Positions 24,158 to 37,399 of a DNA stretch of 64,000 nt are shown here, piece by piece. The stretch's first letter is position 1; each line of letters begins with the position of its first letter. The notes under the pieces were generated by a model. It was not told the origin of the DNA. It saw nothing but the letters and a program-made list of their open reading frames with translations, and did not search any database. Source of the stretch: the human T2T-CHM13v2.0 reference genome, Homo sapiens. Both the position numbers and the translations under genes were made by a program. The DNA lies in NCBI RefSeq assembly GCF_009914755.1, contig NC_060936.1. One strand, 5' to 3'.

Positions 24158-25784
24158 TGGTTTGTATAATTTGAGGTCTTACATTTAAATCTTCAATCCA
24201 TTTTGAGTTAACTTTTGTATATGATAAAAGGTAGGGGGTCCAGCTTCAATAATTTTCATATGGCTAGCCAGTTATCCCAGCACCATTTATTGAATAGGGA
24301 GTTCTTTCCCATCACTCGTTTTGTTGGCCTTGTTGAATATCAGATGGTTGTAGGCTGTGGCTTTATTTCTGAGTTTTCTCATCTGTTCCATTAGTCTGTG
24401 TGTCTGTTTTTGTACCAGTACCAAGCAGTTTTTGTTACTGCAGCTTTACAGTATAGTTTGAAGTTGGGCAATGTGATGCCTCTGGCTTTGCTCTTTTTAT
24501 TTAGGATTGCTTTAGCTATTTGGGCTTTTTTGGTTCCATGTGAATTTTAGAATTTTTTTTTATAATTCTGTAAAACATGATGTTGGTAGCTTGATAGAAA
24601 TAGCATTTAATCTGCAAGTTGCTTTGGGCAGTATAGCCATTTTTACAATATTGATTCTTGCAATCTATGAGCATGAAATGTTTTTCCATTTCTTTGTATT
24701 GTCTCTGATTTCTTTCAGCAGTGTTTTGTAGTTCTCCTTTGTAGAGATATTTTACCTCCTTGGTTAGCTATATTCCTAGGTATTTCATTTTCTTTGTGGC
24801 TGTTGTAAGTGGAATTGTGTCATTGATCTCAGCCTGGACTTTGTTGGTGAATAGAAATGCTACTGATTTTTGTACATTTATTTTTAGATCCTGAGGCCTT
24901 ACTAAACTCATTTATCAATCTAGGAGGCTTTAGGCAGAGTCTTCAAGATTTTCTAGGTTTAGAATCACATCATTGGCAAAGAGAGATAGTTTGACTTCTT
25001 TTCCTATCTGTATATCTTTTATTTCTTTCTCTTCCCTGATTGCTCTTTCTAGGACTCCCAGTATTATGTTGACTAGGAGTGGTGGGAATGGGCATCCTTG
25101 TCTTGTTCTAGTTCTCCAGGAACATGGTTCGAGCTTTTGCCATTCAGTATGGTGTTGGCTGTGGGTTTGTCATTGATGGCTCTTATTATTTTGAGGTATG
25201 TTCCTTCAATGCCTAGTCTGTTGCCAGTTTCTGTCATAAATGGGTGTTGAATTGTATTAAAAGCTTTATCTGTGTCTATAGAGATAATCATATGGTTTCT
25301 GCTTTTGGTTCCATTTATGTGGTAAATCACATTTATTAATTTGTGTATGTTGAATGAGCCTTGCATCCCAGGAATAAAGCCTGGTTGATTGTGATATATT
25401 AACTTTTTGATGTGCTGCTGGATTTAGTTTGCTAGTATTTCATTAAGAATTTTTGCATCTATGTTCATGAAAGATACTGGTCTGAAGTTTTCTTTTTTCA
25501 TTGTGTTTCTGCCAAATTTTGGTATCAGGCTGAGGCTGTCTTCATAGAATCATCTGAGGAAGAGCCTCACCTCCTGATTTTTTTGGAAATAGTTTCAGTA
25601 GGATTGATATCAGTTCCTTATACATCTGGTAGAATTCATCTGTGAATCTGTCTGTTTCAGGGCTTTTTCGGTTGGTAGGTTCTTTATTAGTGATTCAATT
25701 TCAGAAATTGATATCAGTCTATTTAGGGTTTCAATGTCTTCCTGATTCAATCTTGGGAAATTGTGTGTTTCCAGGAATGTATCC
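24158..25784 (-). mobile_element. L1PA15/16-like ORF2 segment, inverted part of a twin-primed insertion
   Basis: Antisense ORF2 RT region; ORF 25073-25366 reads [18 protein letters not shown]...HMIISID. Confidence 0.88.
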
Positions 25785-26480
25785 CAGGAAATACGCTTCT
25801 CGACATCAATCTTAGTAAAGAATTTTTGGCTAAGTCTGCAAAAACAAGTGCAACAAAAACAAAAATAGACAAGTGATACCTAATTAAACTAAAGAACTTC
25901 CACACAACAAAAGAAACTATCAACAGAGCAAACAAACAACATACAGAATGGGAGAAGGTATTCACAAACTATACATCCAATAAACAACTAATATCCAGGA
26001 TTTATAAGGAACTTAATCAACAAGCAAAAAACAACCCTTTTAAAAATGGGCAAAGGACATGAATAGACATTTCTCTAAAGAAGTCATATAAGTGGCCAAA
26101 AAACATGAAATAATACTCAGCATCACTAATCATCAGAGAAATGTAAATCAAAACCGCAATGAGATACATCTCACAGCAGTCAGAATGGCCATTATTAAAA
26201 GTCAAAAAACAATAGATGCTGGTGAGGTTGTGGATAAAAGGGAATGCTTATACCCTGTTGTGGGAGTGCAAATTAGTTCAGTCACTGTGAAAAGCAGTCT
26301 GGAGATTTCTGAAAGAACTTTTGACAGAGCTACCATTTGACCCAGCAATTCCATTACTGGGTATATCCCCAAAAGAAAACAAATTATTCTACCAAAAAGG
26401 CGCATGCACTTGTATGTTCATTGCTGCATTATTTAAAATAGCAAAGATATGGAGATTGGATAAAGAAAATGTGTGAGATA
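25785..26480 (+). mobile_element. L1PA15/16-like ORF2 C-terminal segment, sense part of the same insertion
   Basis: ggaaatacgcttctcgacatc...cacagcagtcagaatggcc (HLTAVRMAIIK)...aaatagcaaagatatgg. Confidence 0.88.
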
Positions 26481-26680
26481 TATATAATATATATCATGTG
26501 CTATGTAATATATATAATATATTATATATAATGCATATAATGATATATAATGTGATATATAATATATATAATGTGATATATAATATATATAATGTATATA
26601 ATGATATATATGATAGATCTCTCATGTCTTTATCCAATCTGTCATTGATGGGCTCTTGGGTTGATTCCATATCTTTGCTA

Positions 26681-26765
<85 letters not shown>

Positions 26766-26820
26766 TATATACACCATGATATATCACCACCGTTTTTTTA
26801 TATATGTATATACATACACA
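26478..26820. repeat. AT-rich microsatellite complex: degenerate (TATAA)-like tract, (TA)n, (CA)n
   Basis: AT tract at ~26478-26612, (TA)n at ~26683-26724 and (CA)n at ~26725-26761, read directly. Confidence 0.95.
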
Positions 26821-26834
26821 CAAAATTCTCAGGA

Positions 26835-27011
26835 CGCAGCATTTTTTAGCAATAAAATATTTTTAAGGTATGACCACTTTTTAAGACATAATATACATAA
26901 CTTTTATATGCACTGGGGAAACAAAACATTTGTGTGGCTCACTTTATTGAGACGTTTGCTTTATTGTGGTGCTCTGGAATCCAACTTCCAATATCTCTGA
27001 GGTATTGCCTG
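26835..27011 (+). mobile_element. Tigger1 3' terminal fragment
   Basis: agcattttttagcaataaa...ttttatatgcactggg...TIR-like end ctctgaggtattgcctg followed by TA. Confidence 0.85.
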
Positions 27012-27014
27012 TAT

Positions 27015-27125
27015 GGTCTCAATTAATCCTTACAACTCTTCCTTGAGGTAGGTACCTACTCTTAACGTCCCACTTTTACAGATGAACAAAGTAAAACTTG
27101 GAAAGATAAAGTAATAGTTAATATT
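27015..27125 (-). mobile_element. MIR fragment
   Basis: ttaatccttacaact...gaggtagg...ttttacagatgaacaaa. Confidence 0.65.
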
Positions 27126-27465
27126 GTAAGAATAATTTTGTTCAGGCAGCATAGGATTGACCTGCATGTTCCCTGAGGGTACTGTCTTTTAGGTAAGACT
27201 ATTGAGCTTCCTGTGAGGTTCACTTCAATTTAGCCATAGATAATGCATATTTATTGGGTGCATGGTAATCTAAATAATCCTTTACATATGTAGAAAAGTT
27301 ACTAATCACAAATGACTTTCCAGCACTAAAAAACAGATAGGTAGGTGAAATTCTTCCCAACCTATAGGGTCCCATTTAAAGAGGTTAAGTGAGTTATCAG
27401 AGAGCTATCAGTGCTGCAGGTATAATTTGAATCTAAGTCTTTTATATTTTTCTACTAAACCTTAT

Positions 27466-27521
27466 TTCTCTCTCTCTTCTCTCTCTCTCTCTGTGTGTGT
27501 GTGTGTGCGTGTGTATATGTG
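27466..27521. repeat. (TC)n(TG)n microsatellite
   Basis: Read directly. Confidence 0.85.
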
Positions 27522-28367
27522 TTTCCTTTTATGTATTCATCATCACTTTACATGAGTCAGAGGGCATGGGACATTGTTGTTTGGTCTCCTTAGCAATCTT
27601 TTCAAATGCTTTCAAGGTAGATCCTGTCTCTGACATGAAAACTAAATCTACAAACGCTCCACATGGTGATTTCTATTGCTAATGTGCCTTTTAGACTAAC
27701 TAAATGCCCAACCAAAGCAAATATGTGAGTCCATTTCATCTCATCTCAGCAGTATCTTTAACTTTACAATATTAATCTATGTATAACTCCTCTATATAAT
27801 TATATTAATGTTTTAATTAAATAAGAAATTATCAAAAGGCTTTACTGGAACTCTGATGAAATATATAAAGAGCTATTGATCCAAATCCAATTTAATATAG
27901 AAGAAAGAAGAAAGAAGCAACATAGGATAACTAATGGATAGTTGCAATTTGAATAAATTGAATTGTTTTAAAGATGGGGAAGCATTATTGAGAATTAATG
28001 GCAAAATCAAATTATAGAAAAATTTAAAATATGTATGTTAGATCACTTAAATCCATCCATAATGAGCAGATTTTAATTAAGCACTTACTATGCATACACC
28101 AAGTAATAAGTTAAGCACTTTCTATCTCCAAGCCTGGCTACAGAATTGCAGGGAAAATGGGAACAGAGGGAGTATACTAGACAACACAGAAGGCAGAGGA
28201 GAGGAGCCAGTGTTACGGAGCCATGTGCTGTTTGACTCAAAACATATGCCTCCCCTCACCTCTAACCAGGCAAGCATAGGAGACAGAGTCCCTGGAGTAA
28301 ACTGAAATGCAACAATCTGAGAGGTAAGAAAAAAAGTTAAAACAAGAGAAAACAGTATTTTGGATTA

Positions 28368-28887
28368 TAGTAGTCTCCAATTATCCACAGGGTAATGTTC
28401 CAAGACCCCCAGTGGATACCAAACCCAATATATTCTATGTACTATTTTTTTTCTATACATACATACCTAGGATAAATTTTAACTTATGAGTTAGGCACAA
28501 TAAGATATTAACAGTAACTAATAACATAGAACAATTATAACAATATAATGTAATAAAGGTTATATGAATGTGGTTTGTCTGTCTCTCTCTCTCAAATACC
28601 TTATTCTACTGTACTTACCCTTCTTCTTGTTGTGATTTGTCAATCTGATAATGAGATGGCTCCTGAGTGAGTGTCTGGCCAGTAGTGTACACAGGGTAGA
28701 TACATAGGACAAAGGAATGATTCTTGTCCAGAGGTGGGATGGAGCAGGAGGGAGAATGACAGTGCAGGAATGCAATATAAAACATGACTTATTTCTGGAA
28801 TTTACAATTTAATATTTTAGGGTGACAGTTGACCTCAGATAACTAAAATCATGGAAAGCAAAACAATACATAAGGCAGAGACTACTG
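28368..28887 (-). mobile_element. MER44 (MER44B-like, Tigger7-derived) DNA transposon
   Basis: TIR-like ends tagtagtctccaattatccac ... cataaggcagagactactg, flanked by TA on both sides. Confidence 0.85.
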
Positions 28888-28899
28888 TAGAAGGAAGAA

Positions 28900-29090
28900 G
28901 AGAGATAATGAGTAATGTTGACTGCCACCGAGATCAAAGGATGGTGGTTGAATTTGCCAGTTGGAAAGTCGTCATTGTTTTAATGAGAACCTTTTCTAGT
29001 AGTGCAGTGTGGCTAGAAGCTGGTTTGCAGTAGGTGGAGAACAAACAGGGAATGAGGAAGTGGACTGTGGTATGGTTTCCTTTACAAAAA
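28900..29090 (-). mobile_element. L2 fragment
   Basis: gaatttgccagttggaaagtcgtcattg...gggaatgaggaagtgga. Confidence 0.5.
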
Positions 29091-30876
29091 AATTTTTTAA
29101 CAGTGAGAGAGAACATTTGTGAGGGTTTCTGCTTATTATGACCTTTTATCTTTTCATACCATAGGGAAAATGTTATCTGTTGAGAGTAAGGATCATGGAG
29201 GTGGGACAGGCAAGCCAGATAATGATTGGGAACCAGAGAGGAGATATGAGCTATGCATTGGGGGTGAGTTAGATGTACATCAAGATGACAAGAGAATTGC
29301 TCTGTGTTCATTCCTTAAAAACAAGATTTGCGGTTGCAAAGTGTGCCTATGCTGCAATGTATTTTAATGTGCTCTCTAGTACACACTTTCTAGAGGCAGG
29401 AGATTCATTGTTCTATGTGCCACATAGATTCCTGTTCCATTAAAGCTATTTTATCTCCAGTATTAAAGCAAATAGTCTGAGATGCACAATTCCCAGAGAC
29501 GAAGAGCACACTTTGACAGACACATGTAAGCTTGTGTAGCAGAGGGCAGTGCCTACTCTATATTATCAAAAGTATATGTCCACACTGGTCTCTCCAGAAG
29601 GAGGAAAGAACTTTTCAATGCAAATTGATGAGGTTACAGACACTTCTTTTAAATGACAGGAAGAATCCATTTAAAACAATTTTATTAAACCTGTTTGATC
29701 TCAGAACCCTCCCAGAGCAAATGCATTGATTCATTCATACCAATTACCAGGTCCTAACGTGGGTAACTGTGATGCATTCCACATCCCATGAATTGTCTTT
29801 AATCTGACCTTGGAAATGCACCAAAGTGCAACAATGACTCAAAATGGAAAAAAATTGTCTTCAAGTTGCACAGCAGACCAAAGTATGACCTGGGAAATGC
29901 CATGTTAGCACAAGCCCATTCTTTTAGATACTAACCTGGGCTAGAATTGCATATTGTGAATTTTCTTACCATTTTTAAAAATGATCTCCATGCCATGTAA
30001 ACGCAACCTTATTTTATGAATAAATACTTTTCTATTTGAGTATTTCATGCCATCACTGTGGGCTACAAACCTCTGTCAATCAGGGCATCGTACCAGATAA
30101 TCTGCCTTTCCCACTCCCTCTTGTAAAACTGTCTTGAATTACGTAAAGTTGCAATTCTCCTCTGTCCACAAGATAATGATCTGGCACACATGGCGGAAGG
30201 ATCAATGTCAAACAGAAGGGGAAGATAGTTTTGTAGCTATCACTTTCAGTTGCCATGTGATTCCATTTGCAGAAATCAATCTCCTCCTCCTTGACAACTC
30301 TGAGTATGCTATCACTGCAGCTCCAGTTCATCGGACAACCAAGTGCTCCCTTTAACTCAGGAGAACATTTTCTATCAGAGCCAAATGGAAATGCAATATT
30401 TTTTTGCAGCAGTGGAGAGAGAAGGAGAAAAAATAAGAATTCTATTGTATGTATGACAATGGAGTGTGTTCGAGTGTGTATGTGTAGGTGCCATATGTGA
30501 CTAGAGTGGCTACTCCTGTGTATGAATATAGCTACAAAGTTGATGCCATCAACCATTACGCACTTAGAAACCAAAGATACCCGCAGCTGGGTCACAGCCT
30601 ATTGTGGAAATATTCACAAACATACCCACGTGGATAACGGATGTAAGTCAACTTTTGACTCACTGTGCTAGTTCGAGGGGCAGAAATAATCTAATACCTA
30701 TCACTTATGCTTGGATTTATAGTAAAGTTTTAATATTTTCAAAAGAAAAGCCTGGTGATCTAAAAATGTGTAATACTGCAAACAAAATAATGACCCCACA
30801 TGCAAGCATTCTAACTACTGAATTTGGCAGGAGCTGATACACAAAGAATAGGCTCCAATCAAAACTTGGAGGATCA

Positions 30877-31556
30877 CAGCATTCCCACTACCGGGTATTT
30901 ATCCAAAGGAAAGAAAATCAGCACATCAAAGAGATACCTGGTCTGCTCCCCCATGTTCATTACAGCCCCATTCACAATAGCCCAGATATGGAATCAATGT
31001 AAGTGTACATCCACAGGTGAATGGATTTTAAAAATGGTGTACATATACAATATAATACTATTCAGCCATAAAAAAGAATGAAATCCTGTCTTTCAAGGCA
31101 AGATGGATGAACCTGAAGAACATTATGTTAAGTGAAATAAGTCAGGCACAGAAAGATGGACACAACATGTTCTCACTCAAATGTGGGAGCTTCAAAAGTT
31201 GAGCACATTGTAGAGGGTAGAATTATGGTTATTAGATGCTGGGAAATGTATAGGGGAGAAGAAGATGGAGAGAGGTTGGTTAACAAATACAAAATTACAG
31301 CTAGATAGGAGGAATGAGTCCTAGTGTTTTATAGCACTGTTGGGTGACTACAGTTAACAATAAATTATTGCATATTTTCACATAGCTAGAAGAGAGGATT
31401 CTGAATGTCCCCAACACAGAGAGATGACAAGTGTTTGAGGAAATGGATATATGCTAATAACCCCGATCTGATCACTATACATTGCATACCTGTCACAACA
31501 TCACTATGTACCCCATAAATATGTATAATTATTATGTATCAACTAAACATAAAAGA
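30877..31556 (+). mobile_element. L1MA (MA4-6-like) 5'-truncated 3' end
   Basis: Typical L1MA 3' UTR (aaaattacagctagataggaggaat); decayed 16-bp TSD AAAACTTGGAGGATCA (30861-30876) / AAAACTTGAAGCATCA (31557-31572). Confidence 0.9.
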
Positions 31557-32007
31557 AAAACTTGAAGCATCATAATTGCAGAAGCCAAGGGCCAAAAGAA
31601 GATGTAAAGGATTTCCTCTGGCAGAAGCCCTGCTCCCGAACACCTTTGGTAGCACAGTGTGAGAAGAATTAATGTGTCTATTGGAAAGGCCCTGAAAAGG
31701 AAAGTATAATTAGGAGAGGAACTAATCCATGCAGAATTGAGAATTAAGACATTGATATGGGTAGACGATCAGACCACAATGGTGTAATGAAGAATGAAAG
31801 CACGAAGGCAGGAACAGAGCATGAGCCTTGGATGTGTAACATCAAGTTTCACAAAAATTCAAGAAAGGTTAGGATGGCAAAGAAGGTAAATTCTTTCTTG
31901 TGGTCACTTTCAAAATTAGGTGCCATCCATCCACCTTTCCTGGGGTAAAGGATACACTTCCAGTTCTTAAAGTGATCTGAAACTGGCTAGGGAAAGAGCT
32001 ATGTGCC

Positions 32008-32519
32008 TGTTAGTGCCAGCTTGTTTTAATCACCCCACTATTCACTTCCATTGGTGATGGAGAAATTTCTACCTCAGAGCTATGAGGATTTCTGAACACA
32101 GCACACCCAACACTGGACAGGTGATATAACAGCAGTTTATTAGTCACATATTCCCACAGTCCAGGGAGAAGGACACAGCACACATGCAGAGCCACGCATG
32201 GGTGACTCTTAACAGAGTGAATAACCAGGGCCTGTGGGAGGCAGGTTTTGTAGTACCAAGGAAATGCGGTGGTCCCTGGTTCTACGGCAGTATGTGATTG
32301 GCTGTGTGGATATTCCATGAGCTGGCGGGGAACTGAAATCCACCACTCAGGGATAAGCAGGCACTGTGCTTAGTCCCCATGATAAGCAGGGTTGTTTGGT
32401 GAGAGGACCTGATTTATGGGAGAAGAGAGCTGTGGTTAGGCCATTTGACATTCTCCTTGCTTCACCCAATGTCAAGGCAGCACACAATATTGGGCCTTCA
32501 TTGTAGGTCTTACACCACA
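32008..32519 (-). mobile_element. ERVL-type solo LTR (MER54/MER73/LTR53 group)
   Basis: Minus strand begins TGTGGTGTAAGACCT...GGCCCAATATTGTGTGCTGCCTTGACA...AATGGCCTAACC; AATAAA on the minus strand near 32137-32142. Confidence 0.7.
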
Positions 32520-33535
32520 CATCGGAGGAGGGACAAGAAAGCTGGCAAATGGACCATCCCCTAGTTATAGCTGTTTTAGAATTTGCCTTGCAGATCTGGT
32601 TTTTGCGGGAACACCCACCTCCAAAACTAAATGGAGCCCTCCTGCTTCCTCCATTTAGGGCTTCTTTCTTTCTTAACTGTGTGCTAAGAATCTGTAACCT
32701 GTCCGACTGAGGAAAACTTTCTACCTAATCACTCGTCTCTCCCCCTAGACTCACAGCTTCCAGAAGGGCACAAGAAGCAATTAAACTTTTGGTTTCAAGC
32801 AGTTTGCCTGCTGCTTTCAAGGCTATATGTGAAGCAGAAACAGACAGAGGTAGAACAAGAAGTGAACAGAATCCTTAATTAAGTAGAGTAGGTAGTAACA
32901 GCAGTAAGCATTTGGAAATAAGATTTGGTATATATGAGTTGCCAAGACACTACCTGGAGGATGTAGGTGCTTATTACTATTTTAAAAAATATACTTTGAA
33001 AAATTCTCACTTGCCTAGACAATAATAAAGGAGATGGAAAGGAAATTGGCATCCCTTCAATTACTCATTGGAAAATGTTATCCCCCAAAACGGTGCTAAA
33101 ACTAATCAGACAAAATACAACATGTGAAAAATGTTTTTACTTTCCGCACATGCAGTGCATCGATTCTTCGATTTGTCTCTATTTGTATTTGAGGTAATTT
33201 GTATTTGGGATGATTCCCCATGGTCTTTCTGAAGATATTACACTTAGCTTTCAAAGACCACATGCGCATTTACAAGATTATTTTCAGAAATTTTACTCTA
33301 GTAACTTGGCATCATATTTGCACTAAAGATAAAATACTATCAACGTCAAAATTTTAGCAACTCTGAAAATGTCATTCCTCACTATGTCCTTTACCAATTC
33401 CTTTAAGCAGAAATGGTCATGCCATTGCTTTTTATTTAAAGTGCTCTGTTTCTTTCTTTATTATAGTACTTATTGCACTATATATTGATAGTAATTATGC
33501 ATCTATATGTCTGCTTTCCCCATTAAAAAAAGAAC

Positions 33536-33833
33536 TTTTTTTTTTTTTTTTTGAGACAGAGTCTTGCCCTGTTGTCCATGCTGGAGTGCTGTGGTATGAT
33601 CTTGGCTCACTGCAACCTCTGCCTCCCGGGTTCAAGTGATTCTCCTGCCTTAGCCTCCTGAGTAGCTGGCATTACAGTCCCGTGCCACCACGCCCGGCTA
33701 ATCTTTTGTATCTTTAGTAGAGATGGGGTTTCACCATGTTGGCCAGGCTGGTCTCAAGCTCCTGACCTCATGATCCACCCACCTCGGCCTCCCAAAGTGC
33801 TGGGATTACAGGTGTGAGCCACCGTGCTGGGCC
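33536..33833 (-). mobile_element. AluS (AluSg-like), full length
   Basis: Full dimer with poly(T); ctgacctcatgatcc and tggccaggctggtc. Confidence 0.93.
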
Positions 33834-33949
33834 AAAAAAATGATAGTAACACCCCCATCGCTAGCAGAGTTAGCTAACATACAATAGTTTTCTACAGGTT
33901 TTTGTGAAATGAGTGAATGAGTTAATGAATGGCATCCTTGTAAACACTA

Positions 33950-34880
33950 CATTTAGATACACAAATGTCTATTTGATATTTCCACTGGAATAACCATTAG
34001 CTACTTCAAACGTAAAATATCCAAAAGGACATCTTGATTTCTATTCCCTCAAATTATCTTCTTACTCAGAACTTTCTATCTCAGGAAATGACAGCACTAT
34101 ACACAGTTGTTGAGCCCAAAAATGCACAAGTCAGCAGGAGGAAAACATTCCTTAACTTCTTAATCCAATCCAACAGCATGTTCCACGTCCAAAGCATAAC
34201 AGGTACCCACTCACATATCTCCACTTCTGTTACTATTGCCCTAATCTAAACCACCACCATCTTTCACCTGACTACCTGCTTCTTCTCTTGCCCTAGCCTA
34301 GTATCTGGGATAACCTTTTAAACATATAAATCATATCATATCACTATTTTGCTTGACACCTGCCAGGAGATTCCCATTTCTCCTACATTAAAGTACCTGG
34401 GCCTAAGGTGACTGATATGTGTAATCTTTCTACTCCTCTGACTTCATCTTCCACTGACTTCATTTCCCTTCATCTTTACCAGCCTCACTGGCTTCAGAAA
34501 TCCTCAGACAGCCCAAGCTCATTCACTCATGTAGTTTTATTTAGAAGTTGTTTCCTTTGCACAAATTATTTGTCCCCTAAATGTGTTTGTGGCAAATTCC
34601 TTTTGGTCACTGAGGTTTTAACTTAAATGTCATCTTCTTTTTAATAACTTTCTGACCTCCCAACCTAAAGCAAACCCTATGGCATTGTCTTTCACATCAT
34701 CTGGCTGTATGTTTATCACAATATCAAAGGACCACATATTTATAGTGCTCTGATATTTTCTTATTTGTTTTCTCATGCCAGTGTTTATTGTTCAGGCTAA
34801 TTTTCCAGGGCCTTGAACAGTGCCTGACACATAAAAGATCTTTATTAAACAGTGGTTGAGAATAAATAATTTCATAAGTA
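33950..34880 (+). mobile_element. L2 (L2a-like) 3' portion
   Basis: cttcaaacgtaaaatatccaaaa...acagttgttgagcccaaaaa...gaacagtgcctgacacata. Confidence 0.75.
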
Positions 34881-35102
34881 CATTAAGAAACTGAATCAAT
34901 GAGTATATTAGTTTGTGAACAAATATATGAATAAAGGAGTTTTATTTCTTTATATTTGTTATTTATATTATCTTGATTGTATCAATACAAATATGAAATA
35001 TTATATATTATTAACCATAAGCTATCCATATTATAAACTTTATACATGATATACATATATTAATAAAGTCTAATAAAAACCAACCTTATAAAACTAGGAG
35101 TA

Positions 35103-35226
35103 CAATCAGCCCTCTATACCTGTTGGTTCCACATCTGCGCATTCAACCAACCACAGATCAAAAATATTCAAAAAATAAAAGATAATACAAATTTTTAAAT
35201 GCAGTATAACAACTATTTATATAGCA
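35103..35226 (+). mobile_element. Tigger3/MER8-like 5' terminal fragment
   Basis: TA then caatcagccctctatacc...ttcaaccaaccacagatcaaaaatattc...cagtataacaactattta. Confidence 0.75.
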
Positions 35227-36600
<1,374 letters not shown>

Positions 36601-36719
36601 TATCACAGAACCTATGGTTCTTATTTAGAGGGGAGTTAAAAATGGGGTCAATTAATTCTTCCCTAATGGAATAAATTTGCAGATTTTAATGATTCATAGT
36701 AATAATAAATCACTTGAAT

Positions 36720-37123
36720 CTTTTATTATTATTATACTTGAAGTTCTGGGATATATGTGCAGAAAGTGCAGATTTATTACATAGGTATACATGTGCCATA
36801 GTGGTTTGCTGCACCTATCAACCCATCATCTACATTAGGTATTTCTCCTAATGCTATCCCTCACCTTGCCCCAACCCCCTGACAGGCCCCAATGTGTGAT
36901 GTTCCCCTCTCTGTGCCCATATGTTCTCATTGTTCAACTCCCACTTATGAGTGAGAACATGTGGTGTTTGGTTTTCTGTTCCTGTGTTAATTTGATGAGA
37001 ATGATGATTTCCAGCTTTATCCATATCCCTGCAAAGGACATGAACTCATTCTTTTTTATGGCTGCATAGTATTCCACGGTGTATATGTGCCACATTTTCT
37101 TTATCTAGTCTAACATTGATGGG
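36720..37123 (-). mobile_element. L1PA7/8-like 3' end fragment
   Basis: tacttgaagttctggga...caacccatcatctacattaggtatttctcctaatgc. Confidence 0.88.
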
Positions 37124-37399
37124 AATTTTGTTGGGTTTAGTATTAATAAAAACTCTGCTGTAAGGTTGATTCGTAAGGAATTTCTAATTCTTCCAATTTG
37201 TTATTGGAATTATTAACTGAACGTATATTCAATAAGGGAAAGAAAGACCTTTAACATATGTATTGAGCAGGATAAATTCTATTTTTTTCCAATAGATTCT
37301 ACCTGGATTATTTTGTTCATGTTTACTTTTTGTACTCACTAGAAATTGCCTAGCTCTTTCTTGAGATATATCCATGACACGTCTTCTTCAACTTACAGC

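Noticed and set aside
26494-26849. Ile/Tyr/His/Thr-rich ORFs
   Set aside because: Translations of (TA)n/(CA)n microsatellites.
30080-30595. 171-aa minus-strand ORF in unique DNA
   Set aside because: Non-ATG start, no recognisable domain, no splice context; compatible with chance.
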